A DNA stretch of 25,175 nt from a virus (IMGVR_UViG_3300042458_003117:1-25175), one strand, 5' to 3'. Shown: positions 16,446 through 23,408, counted from the first letter of the stretch. Notes: generated by a model not told the origin, from the letters alone. Numbers and translations: made by a program.

Positions 16446-17098
16446 AGTCCGAGACGGTTGCGGATTTCGTTGAGCACGCTTTCCTTGTCGAAGCCGGCGT
16501 CTTGCTTCACCCGGTCACACCAAGCGATGAATTCGTCCTGAGTGATACGGAATCGATAGAGGCCAACGGCCACGGTGACATCGCTCTTATCGAGCTCTTT
16601 GTCGTGACGATCATCATCGTCGTCATCCTCGTTGTCTTTGCCGCCCGGATTGAGCAAGCCCTCCAGATCGGCTGATTCGAATCCGGCGAGGATGGTATCG
16701 AAGTCGATGGCTTTCCACTCGCTGGCGATTTTTTCCAACTCGTTGAGATCGACCGAAGAAAGTTCTGCCAATCGGTTGTCGGCGACCAGCACGGCAAGTT
16801 CGTCATTCTCGCTGGCAAAGTCTTGATACTCGACGGGAACAATCTCGACGCCAAGATGCCTAGCGGCCATCAGTCGGCCGTGGCCGGAAACGATCAAGCC
16901 ACTTAGGCGCGACACGCAAATGTTTTTCCTCCAGCCGAAGTAGCGGATGTTTTTCGCGAGCAACTCAATCTGTCGCTGCGGGTGCGTGTTCGGATTGCGA
17001 GGGTTCGGTTTGAGTTCACCGACCGGCACCAGTTCATCAAAGTTGCACCAGACTTCAATACCATTGGCGAGTGTCTTTGCTTTCTCAGGTTCGTTCAT
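16442..17098 (-). CDS. ParB/Srx N-terminal domain protein
   Basis: PNPRNPNTH, IVSGHGRLMAA and ADNRLAE; acidic linker; ATGA-coupled to the next gene. Confidence 0.85.
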   Translation of the reverse strand: MNEPEKAKTLANGIEVWCNFDELVPVGELKPNPRNPNTHPQRQIELLAKNIRYFGWRKNICVSRLSGLIVSGHGRLMAARHLGVEIVPVEYQDFASENDELAVLVADNRLAELSSVDLNELEKIASEWKAIDFDTILAGFESADLEGLLNPGGKDNEDDDDDDRHDKELDKSDVTVAVGLYRFRITQDEFIAWCDRVKQDAGFDKESVLNEIRNRLGL

Positions 17099-17115
17099 CA
17101 CTGTAATCCGTGTTG

Positions 17116-17649
17116 TCAAATGTGTCTCCAATTCCGCTTTCGAATAACCGCCCGAATAGTCGCTGGCTTCACTCCGAAACGCTTGGCCAGTTCTGCGGTC
17201 TTGATTCCGGGCCTACCAGCGAGGTCGCGGATTTCCAAGACTTGCGATTCATTGAGTTTGGAGCAGGCCGCTGATCCTCTGCGAGTAGGCTGACGCCCCT
17301 TGGAAAACATGTCGCGCACATTATCCAACGCAGTGCCAAGAAACAGATGTTGCGGATTAACGCAGAGTGGATTGTCACAGTGATGGCAAACCATTGCCCC
17401 GTCTGACAACGGACCACGAAACAGCAGATACGCATACTGGTGAGCACCATATTGCCTCTGATTGACTTTGAATGCACCGTAGCCATTGCCTGCGCGGCAG
17501 CCTGTCCATATCCAGCATCCTCCATGGTCAATGGTGTATCGTGACATGAATGACTCGCGAGCCTCCTCTGGAGTGAACGGTGCTGGCAGGTATCGCATTC
17601 TTCCGTCTCTACACAATTTCCATTCTCTGCGTAGCGTGGTGTTGCTCAC
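17116..17649 (-). CDS. HNH endonuclease with C-terminal HTH
   Basis: CWIWTG, YGAHQYAY, VCHHCDNPLCVNPQHLFLGTALDNVRD and ELAKRFGVKPATI. Confidence 0.92.
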   Translation of the reverse strand: MSNTTLRREWKLCRDGRMRYLPAPFTPEEARESFMSRYTIDHGGCWIWTGCRAGNGYGAFKVNQRQYGAHQYAYLLFRGPLSDGAMVCHHCDNPLCVNPQHLFLGTALDNVRDMFSKGRQPTRRGSAACSKLNESQVLEIRDLAGRPGIKTAELAKRFGVKPATIRAVIRKRNWRHI

Positions 17650-17664
17650 GCCAACTCCACCCTG

Positions 17665-18330
17665 TCAACAATCGGTAGCGTCGAGCCAGCTTTCGAGATC
17701 GGCGAGAGCGGCGCGAACGCATCCGCCACTGCCTACCGCAATGCGCAGCGCGGTGGACTGATCGACTTGCCAGTGACGCTGCAAAAACTCGGCAATGTCC
17801 TCGGTGCTGGGGGACGCAAGTTTGATCGACTGGAAGCGTGTCTGGAACCGCTCGGTGAGCAGATCGAGTTGCAGGTTGCTCGTGCCGATCACGGCGCGGC
17901 CTGAGGGCAGTCGGTCGAGGTAACTCAGGAGCAGGTCCTGTGCATCCCGCGTGCAGCGATCCATCTCATTGATGATCTTGACCGAGTAGACCCCGAAAAG
18001 CGAATGGATGCCAAGGGCACCCATCCACTGCTTCACGGTTTCGACGGTGACGAGCTTGCCGTTGAACTCTTCGATGGCAAAGCGTGTGCCGGCCAGTTCA
18101 TCGGCGATCATGTCGGCGATGCTGGTTTTGCCGACACCGGGCGGGCCGTAGAGAAGTATCTTCACCGGCGCTGTCGGGTTGTCGTGGAGCTTGCGCGCTT
18201 TGGAGACCAGACGCTTGGCAACGATGGCCGCGGGGCCGCAGAGGTCATCGGGGGATTGAGGCTTCCACGCGAGTGGCGGCGGGCTTGCGGGGATAATCAC
18301 TTTGGGCAGAATCTTGAATGGTTGTGACAT
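17665..18330 (-). CDS. AAA+ ATPase, clamp-loader/RarA-like clade
   Basis: LLYGPPGVGKTS, variant Walker B IINEMD, AQDLLL, FQTRF and GCVRAAL. Confidence 0.85.
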   Translation of the reverse strand: MSQPFKILPKVIIPASPPPLAWKPQSPDDLCGPAAIVAKRLVSKARKLHDNPTAPVKILLYGPPGVGKTSIADMIADELAGTRFAIEEFNGKLVTVETVKQWMGALGIHSLFGVYSVKIINEMDRCTRDAQDLLLSYLDRLPSGRAVIGTSNLQLDLLTERFQTRFQSIKLASPSTEDIAEFLQRHWQVDQSTALRIAVGSGGCVRAALADLESWLDATDC

Positions 18331-18478
18331 AGGGATCTCGGTTGGTGATGGCGTTGGCTACGGCCACCGCACCTTTCCGGTATACGGTGACGGCGAGGAG
18401 TTCGCCATCGACCGTGACCGACCAGTAGCGCGTGGCGTAGCCATCGGGTTTGCGGTATTTTTGGACTTCGACTTTCAT
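18245..18478 (-). CDS. Hypothetical protein
   Basis: 77 aa, starts 4 nt after the upstream stop; C-terminus overlaps the AAA gene. Confidence 0.6.
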   Translation of the reverse strand: MKVEVQKYRKPDGYATRYWSVTVDGELLAVTVYRKGAVAVANAITNRDPYVTTIQDSAQSDYPRKPAATRVEASIPR

Positions 18479-18482
18479 CGGG

Positions 18483-18995
18483 TTATTTGTTCCAGCCCTC
18501 GCGGCGGACTCGGGTTTTGAGGGTGTTAGGTGACAGGGAGAAATTTTCAGCGGTTTGTTTCACGCTGCGGCACTCTTCCCAATAGGCTCGGACCTGCGCC
18601 CAGTAGTCGTCACCGTGCCCGGGATTGCCGATCTTTTTGGCGGGCTTGGTTTGCTTCGCCTTGGCCTTGCTGGTTTCCTTTGGCGCTGGTGGCGTCGCCT
18701 CGGCAAACGCGTCGTATCGCCCCGGCGTGACCTCGGGCTCAGGTTGCGCAAGTGGCACGACGTTCGCCGCCGGTGCGACCTGGCTGCCATCGCCTCCAGC
18801 GAGGATTTCCGCAACGATCTCGCGGATCAGTGGCACGGGGATTTCGGTGATGGTGAAGACCAGTCCGTTGAGGGTCTTGCGCCCGAGGGATTGCTTGAGG
18901 AATTTCAGAGCTTCGCCTCGGGTGCGACCTTGGTAGCGGCCTTCGAATAGGTTGGTTTCTTTGTCGTCGCAGACGATCCAATACAGTTTGTTCAT
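18483..18995 (-). CDS. Hypothetical protein with C-terminal HTH
   Basis: Start MNKLYW at 18995; Pro/Lys linker; SVKQTAENFSLSPNTLKTRVRREGW. Confidence 0.7.
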   Translation of the reverse strand: MNKLYWIVCDDKETNLFEGRYQGRTRGEALKFLKQSLGRKTLNGLVFTITEIPVPLIREIVAEILAGGDGSQVAPAANVVPLAQPEPEVTPGRYDAFAEATPPAPKETSKAKAKQTKPAKKIGNPGHGDDYWAQVRAYWEECRSVKQTAENFSLSPNTLKTRVRREGWNK

Positions 18996-18999
18996 GATG

Positions 19000-19242
19000 C
19001 TATATGGTTGATTGTTGGTTGTGGTTGGTGACGTTGCCTTCGGTGTCGATTCGGACGCTGAATGCCAGTAGTCCGGAGAGAGTGGCTTTGGTGAGGTGCG
19101 CGATAAATTCACGGGCTTCCGTGCCGGCCAGTGGATCAACCGGTCGCAGGCAGCGCAGGGTGAATCCGCTTTTCTCCAGTTCGCGAATGCTTCGCTGCAT
19201 CGATCTGTTCAGATAGTTGTTAGGGATGGTTGCTGTTGTCAT
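19000..19242 (-). CDS. Hypothetical protein (80 aa)
   Basis: ATG 19242 directly follows repeat copy A. Confidence 0.65.
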   Translation of the reverse strand: MTTATIPNNYLNRSMQRSIRELEKSGFTLRCLRPVDPLAGTEAREFIAHLTKATLSGLLAFSVRIDTEGNVTNHNQQSTI

Positions 19243-19244
19243 AG

Positions 19245-19298
19245 CATCCCTCATCTGCCAGTCTGAGCGGGCACGTCCATGTCTTTTTTCGTCTTTTT
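19245..19298 (-). repeat. 54-bp upstream module, copy A
   Basis: 52/54 identical to 20208-20261; A-tracts then CATGGACGTG-N11-TGGCAGAT. Confidence 0.9.
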
Positions 19299-19310
19299 GT
19301 TGGAGCATTT

Positions 19311-20009
19311 TCATGAGGGTAGCGGGCGGTTGATTTGGATGGTGCGACCTTTGGTTTGACCAGCGGCGTAGCTTCCCGAATGCAGGTTGCGGCGGCTCTG
19401 ACTGCGCTTACGAAGTTTGCCGTAGTGCTCCTCAACGTAGTGGGTGATCGCTGCCTTTTGATCCACGAGAACCAACCCGTAGGCCTGGCGTTCGTTGGCA
19501 GCGTAGGCTTGCTCGGCACGTTCTTTGGCTTCCTTGAGTGCGGCATTCAGTCCGTCGCGCAGCCCGCGGTAGTAAGACGCGCGGTCCGGATTGGGATGGA
19601 CTTTCTTGAACTCATTCCAACAGCGGAAGAAGGTCTGGCGCAGGTAGTTGAACGCGTAGATCGCGAAGTCGATGTCGGCAGGAGCGCCGATGATGTCTAC
19701 CGGGGTTCCACGACCGTTGGGCATCAGGATGGTCTTCACGTTGAAGTGGGCTTGGAGCAGCGATAGAATCATCAGGTCTGCCGGGTTGAGAGTCTTGGGC
19801 AGATCGAGATTGCCTTTGTTGACCGTGAACGATGCCCCTGACTCGCCGCGCTCCATGCGGAGCAGGGCGGAGTCGATGTTGTGGCGGGTCATCAGTTCCT
19901 GGGCCTTGGCCAGTGCGACCTTGGCTTCGTTCTCCGTGGAACCACGGGAGGTGTCGGCGAGTCGCAAGAGTTTGCGGATTTTATCGAGGATGTCGGTTTG
20001 GTTGCTCAT
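19311..20009 (-). CDS. DUF2786 domain protein
   Basis: ILDKIRKLLRLA...ENEAKVALAKAQELMTRHNI N-terminus; C-terminal YAAGQTKG. Confidence 0.82.
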   Translation of the reverse strand: MSNQTDILDKIRKLLRLADTSRGSTENEAKVALAKAQELMTRHNIDSALLRMERGESGASFTVNKGNLDLPKTLNPADLMILSLLQAHFNVKTILMPNGRGTPVDIIGAPADIDFAIYAFNYLRQTFFRCWNEFKKVHPNPDRASYYRGLRDGLNAALKEAKERAEQAYAANERQAYGLVLVDQKAAITHYVEEHYGKLRKRSQSRRNLHSGSYAAGQTKGRTIQINRPLPS

Positions 20010-20066
20010 GGTTGGTGTTTGGTCAGGTTGGGAAATTCAACGGAAAGTGGCTTCATCGGCTGTGAT

Positions 20067-20207
20067 CTAACGGATGGCGTGAACCTCTGCTCCGTGTTTC
20101 TCGACCCAGGTATTCAGGGCTTCGATGCTCTTGAAGGTTTTGCGCCAGGGAGTGGATTTCATGCCTTTTACTCCGTGGGCTTCAATGGATAGGATGTTTA
20201 CTTTCAT
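20067..20207 (-). CDS. Small hypothetical protein (46 aa), below the ORF-track cutoff
   Basis: MKVNILSIEAHGVKGMKSTPWRKTFKSIEALNTWVEKHGAEVHAIR directly after repeat copy B. Confidence 0.65.
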   Translation of the reverse strand: MKVNILSIEAHGVKGMKSTPWRKTFKSIEALNTWVEKHGAEVHAIR

Positions 20208-20261
20208 CATCCCTCATTTGCCAGTCTGAGTGGGCACGTCCATGTCTTTTTTCGTCTTTTT
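20208..20261 (-). repeat. 54-bp upstream module, copy B
   Basis: Direct repeat of 19245-19298. Confidence 0.9.
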
Positions 20262-20279
20262 TTCGGGAACATTTTTTCT

Positions 20280-20399
20280 CCGAATGACGCCGACTTGGCA
20301 TGCGTCCTGAGTCACATAATCTGTGCCAACTCGGCATCATTTGGACTCACCAAAATGCCTAACGATTGGCATGGATTATGAGTCACACGATCCATGCCA
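20280..20399. repeat. Two related inverted repeats in the divergent intergenic region
   Basis: AATGACGCCGACTTGGCA/TGCCAACTCGGCATCATT (16/18) and TGGCATGGAT/ATCCATGCCA (10/10), both enclosing TGAGTCACA. Confidence 0.8.
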
Positions 20400-20441
20400 C
20401 CGTAATGTTTTTCTATCTTTTTTTGTCTAACTCCACTTAGC

Positions 20442-20470
20442 CATGGACGTGAGGTGGCACCATGGCAGAT
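20442..20470 (+). promoter_or_regulatory. Core of the upstream module, copy C (opposite strand)
   Basis: CATGGACGTG-N11-TGGCAGAT, 7 nt before ATG 20478. Confidence 0.7.
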
Positions 20471-20477
20471 ATTAACC

Positions 20478-21284
20478 ATGACAACGCCAACACTGTCCCG
20501 CCGCTTCGGAGTCGAGATCGAATTCCTCTCCACCGTCACTGTAGAACAAGTTCTCACAAGTCTCCGCTCCGCAGGCATTCAAGCCGAATATGAGGGATAC
20601 ACCCACCGCACAACACCCCACTGGAAAATCGTGAGCGATGGCTCCTGCGGATACGAACTGGTGTCTCCCATCCTCGAAGGCGAAGCCGGTATTGAGGAAC
20701 TTCAAAAAGCCGCTACGGCACTGGAGGCCACAGGCGCACAAGTCGATAGACGATGCGGACTTCATGTCCATTTCGACGCACGTCAGATGAGCCTCAAAGC
20801 GATCAAAAACATCTTCAAGATGTGGCTCAAATTCGAGGACGTTCTCGATACGTTCCAGCCACTCTCCCGCCGGGGCAGCAACAACACTTACTGCCGCACG
20901 AACCTCGATCACAACATCATCGATGCCGACAATCACCGAGTGCAATGCTCGAAACTCTTCCGCCAAATTGACCAGTGTAAGAACATGGAGGACATGAGAG
21001 CTCTCTACCCCTGCCGCTACCGCAAACTCAACATTCAATCCTACTTCCGCCATCAGACGTTGGAAGTCCGTCACCACGCCGGGACAACGAATCCTGAAAA
21101 AATCACCAACTGGGTTCGCTTAATGGCACGACTCTTCGACGCAGCGGAATCCGCCGCTACCGTTCGCAACCGCCCACAGGATACCGGAGTCGGCATGAAC
21201 CGCATGAAGTGGTTCTTCCAAGCAATCGAAGCCCGCGGGCTCACCAAATTCTACAACGCCCGCGCGAAAAAACTCGCTGCATAA
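20478..21284 (+). CDS. Putative amidoligase (COOH-NH2 ligase, Amidoligase_2)
   Basis: FGVEIEF, WKIVSDGS, ELVSPIL, CGLHVH, RYRKLN and LEVRHHAGT motifs. Confidence 0.85.
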   Translation: MTTPTLSRRFGVEIEFLSTVTVEQVLTSLRSAGIQAEYEGYTHRTTPHWKIVSDGSCGYELVSPILEGEAGIEELQKAATALEATGAQVDRRCGLHVHFDARQMSLKAIKNIFKMWLKFEDVLDTFQPLSRRGSNNTYCRTNLDHNIIDADNHRVQCSKLFRQIDQCKNMEDMRALYPCRYRKLNIQSYFRHQTLEVRHHAGTTNPEKITNWVRLMARLFDAAESAATVRNRPQDTGVGMNRMKWFFQAIEARGLTKFYNARAKKLAA

Positions 21285-21293
21285 TTTCCAACC

Positions 21294-21575
21294 ATGAATA
21301 CCATAATCCACATGAACACCGAATACCACACCATCGACGGCGCGACGTTCGCAGCCGCAGATCCCACTGACCTGATGGAGCAATTGCGAGCGGACAGCTT
21401 TAATCCCGAAGCAGACCTCTCGGCCTACTGTCGTGCGACCGCCAGGGCATCGAAGATGCAGACCGGAAAATCCCACCGACCCTGGCCGCCCAAGGCGCTA
21501 GTCGAAGACATGATCGCCTCGGGACTCATTGCCACCGGCAAGCGCCATCCATCATGGGGAAACTCCAACGACTAA
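21294..21575 (+). CDS. Hypothetical protein
   Basis: 93-aa ORF in an operon with the amidoligase. Confidence 0.7.
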   Translation: MNTIIHMNTEYHTIDGATFAAADPTDLMEQLRADSFNPEADLSAYCRATARASKMQTGKSHRPWPPKALVEDMIASGLIATGKRHPSWGNSND

Positions 21576-21581
21576 ACGACG

Positions 21582-21860
21582 ATGGCATACCGAATTTTTG
21601 AACCACGTTTCTCGCTCGGCAAAACCGTTGCCACTCCTGCCGTGATGGAGCTGGGAGTTGATCTCGCAGGCTACATGCGACGGCATCACTGCGGTGATTG
21701 GGGTGACCTCACTGAGGAGGACAAGCAAGCGAACGAGGATGCTCTCGTTCACGGCGACCGCATCCTGAGCCATTACAAGCTGACCGACGGTCGCCGCATC
21801 TACATCATCACCGAAGCGGATCGCTCCAGCACCTGCATCCTGTTGCCGGAAGAGTATTGA
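21582..21860 (+). CDS. Conserved plasmid/phage protein (GDWG...ITEADRS.T.ILLPEEY family)
   Basis: FSLGKTVATP, RHHCGDWGD and ITEADRSSTCILLPEEY; function unknown. Confidence 0.8.
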   Translation: MAYRIFEPRFSLGKTVATPAVMELGVDLAGYMRRHHCGDWGDLTEEDKQANEDALVHGDRILSHYKLTDGRRIYIITEADRSSTCILLPEEY

Positions 21861-22011
21861 TCCAGGCAACGATGCGCTCGATGAAGCCGATCTCCAGTTG
21901 CTTCTCGGTGAGACGGATCACCGTCCATCCGGCGAGCACTGCTTCGAGGTATTTCTCGGCGTCCTTGGCGTAGCCTGCTCCACGGCTGTGCCGACCGCCT
22001 CCAGACAGGAA
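21808..22011 (-). pseudogene. Orphan duplicated 3' half of the nuclease gene
   Basis: FLSGGGRHSRGAGYAKDAEKYLEAVLAGWTVIRLTEKQLEIGFIERIVA..., 41/44 aa identical in the core to 22085-22414; in-frame stop upstream and no start. Confidence 0.9.
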
Positions 22012-22084
22012 AAGAGTGCAGGTATTTTACTGAAAAACGCAAAGTTCACTGGGTAGTGAAGGATGCAAAATACGGTAAGAACTC

Positions 22085-22414
22085 TCACTTCCGAGGACTA
22101 TCGACCAGAGCAACGATTCGCTCGATGAAGTCGATCTCCAGTTGCTTCTCGGTGAGACGGATCACCGTCCAGCCCGCGAATACAGCTTCGAGGTATTTCT
22201 CGGCGTCCTTGGCGTAGCCTGCTCCGCGGTTGTGCCGGCCACCCTTCGCCATGAAGATTCCGCCCTCGATCTCGATCAGCGTTCGGCTTTCGAGGTGTGC
22301 GAAATCAGCGCGCCACCGACGGGAAGGATGGAACTGAACTTCCCGCTCCAGGGGAGGACCTTGCGCCACGCGCCAGAGAAAGAGAAACCTTGATTCCAAC
22401 TTGGATTGAGCCAT
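22085..22414 (-). CDS. PD-(D/E)XK nuclease (DUF559/Vsr-like)
   Basis: REVQFHPSRRWRADF...IEIEGG...GRH..GWTVIR; ATG 22414 lies 15 nt after TTGACT. Confidence 0.8.
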   Translation of the reverse strand: MAQSKLESRFLFLWRVAQGPPLEREVQFHPSRRWRADFAHLESRTLIEIEGGIFMAKGGRHNRGAGYAKDAEKYLEAVFAGWTVIRLTEKQLEIDFIERIVALVDSPRK

Positions 22415-22477
22415 TTCCCTGGCACCCGGAGTCAACGATTCCGGGCTCCGTTATGTGGGAAACGCCAATGGCACATT

Positions 22478-22705
22478 TCACAGGAATTGGACACGGGTGG
22501 GGACATCCCTGCCAGCTATCAAGGGTTCAATAGATTCCTTGATGGGTTCGAATCCATTTGAACCCGTTTGAACCCCGTCCAGCATGGCGATGATGTCGGG
22601 TGTCACGTCGATGCTGGCTTGCCCATGTTGCACAGCGATCAGCCGCGCTCCTTCGCGGAGCATGCGTGTGACCCTGTGAACTGGTGTCGTGGTGTTGAGA
22701 GGCAT
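22478..22705 (-). CDS. Hypothetical protein (75 aa)
   Basis: ATG 22705 follows the tRNA-like gene; the 3' half consists of GGGTTCAAA repeats. Confidence 0.45.
   Translation of the reverse strand: MPLNTTTPVHRVTRMLREGARLIAVQHGQASIDVTPDIIAMLDGVQTGSNGFEPIKESIEPLIAGRDVPTRVQFL
22523..22575. repeat. GGGTTCAAA repeat cluster 2
   Basis: GGGTTCAAT 22523, GGGTTCGAA 22544, TTTGAACCC 22557 and 22567. Confidence 0.75.
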
Positions 22706-22717
22706 GGTGATCGTGAG

Positions 22718-22788
22718 TGGTTGCGGGGGCGGGACTTGAACCCGCAGGGGCGAGGGTATGAGTCTCGCTTGGAACATTCCTCCCCGCG
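22718..22788 (-). tRNA. tRNA-Met(CAT), initiator-like, with truncated D-arm
   Basis: CGCGGGG/CCCCGCA acceptor with C1:A72, encoded ACCA, T-arm GCGGG-TTCAAGT-CCCGC, anticodon loop CTCATAC; D-arm reduced to GGAA-TG-TTCC. Confidence 0.75.
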
Positions 22789-22793
22789 TTTGG

Positions 22794-23408
22794 TTAGAGC
22801 GCCTCGTAGATGTCGAGGATCAGCTTGAAGTCCTTCTTGAGTCCTTCGCGACGATCATCGTCCCATTCATCGACGGGGGCCTTCTGCGTCTCACGCGCCC
22901 ACCAACGGCGGATGCGGTTGAGCAAGGCGAGGTAGGTGACGTAGCCACGGTCGGCAGGGTCGCCCTGGACTTCCTCCTCGGTTGCAATTCGACCGAAGTT
23001 TATCGACTTGCGCAGACGATTCACCCCGAGATCGTGTTTGGCTGCTTGATCGAGCCAATACTTTTGTTCTTCTGGATCTTTCAGCTTAGCCACCGTGTAG
23101 TGGTGCTTGAAGGTGAGATTTTCATACCGGTATGAAAATTGGACCTTCCGTGCGACATAGGCGTAGTTGGCCAGTGTTTGGTATTCCAATCCTGTGCAAG
23201 CGATGGCCTCGTTGTATTTCTCGCCCCACTTGTTTTCGGCATAGTTGATCCAATCACCGATCATGAGGCCCAACGAACGCTCAGCATCTCCGAGCCTCGC
23301 GCCGATTGTTTCCCACTCTTCGAAGCTGAGGTCACCGTGGAAGTCGATGCCGCAGCGAGTGACCGTAAATTTACTTTCAAGATTTGGTAGATTGATAAGG
23401 GTGTCCAT
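22794..23408 (-). CDS. LmbU-like DNA-binding regulator
   Basis: LSFEEWETIG...IGDWINY...GLEYQTLANYAYVARK...LTFKHHYTVA...EQKYWLDQA matches the LmbU family pattern as I recall it. Confidence 0.7.
   Translation of the reverse strand: MDTLINLPNLESKFTVTRCGIDFHGDLSFEEWETIGARLGDAERSLGLMIGDWINYAENKWGEKYNEAIACTGLEYQTLANYAYVARKVQFSYRYENLTFKHHYTVAKLKDPEEQKYWLDQAAKHDLGVNRLRKSINFGRIATEEEVQGDPADRGYVTYLALLNRIRRWWARETQKAPVDEWDDDRREGLKKDFKLILDIYEAL

Larger units (their letters stand above)
1927..22435 (-). promoter_or_regulatory. Dispersed TTGAC(A) start-proximal box, 13 copies
   Basis: Plus-strand positions 1927, 2380, 3485, 4925, 5746, 8248, 10063, 10686, 11979, 14480, 17114, 17663 and 22430; each lies 13-16 nt upstream of an ATG/GTG. 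Confidence 0.8.

Noticed and set aside
19245-20261. 54-bp repeats as a CRISPR array or IS ends
   Set aside because: Only two direct copies about 960 bp apart, each abutting a start codon; no cas or transposase genes.
20295-20399. Sigma54 promoters at the TTGGCA sites
   Set aside because: GG-N10 is followed by GA or GT, not the required GC.
21808-22260. Duplicated segments as a DGR template/variable repeat pair
   Set aside because: Differences are mostly synonymous and not adenine-specific, and there is no reverse transcriptase in the window.
1927-22435. TTGACA boxes as ordinary sigma70 -35 elements
   Set aside because: The -10 position would fall on or inside the start codon, and no TATAAT-like hexamer recurs there.
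22718-22788. tRNA as a prophage attachment-site remnant
   Set aside because: Both acceptor strands are present, phage genes lie on both sides, and no integrase is nearby.
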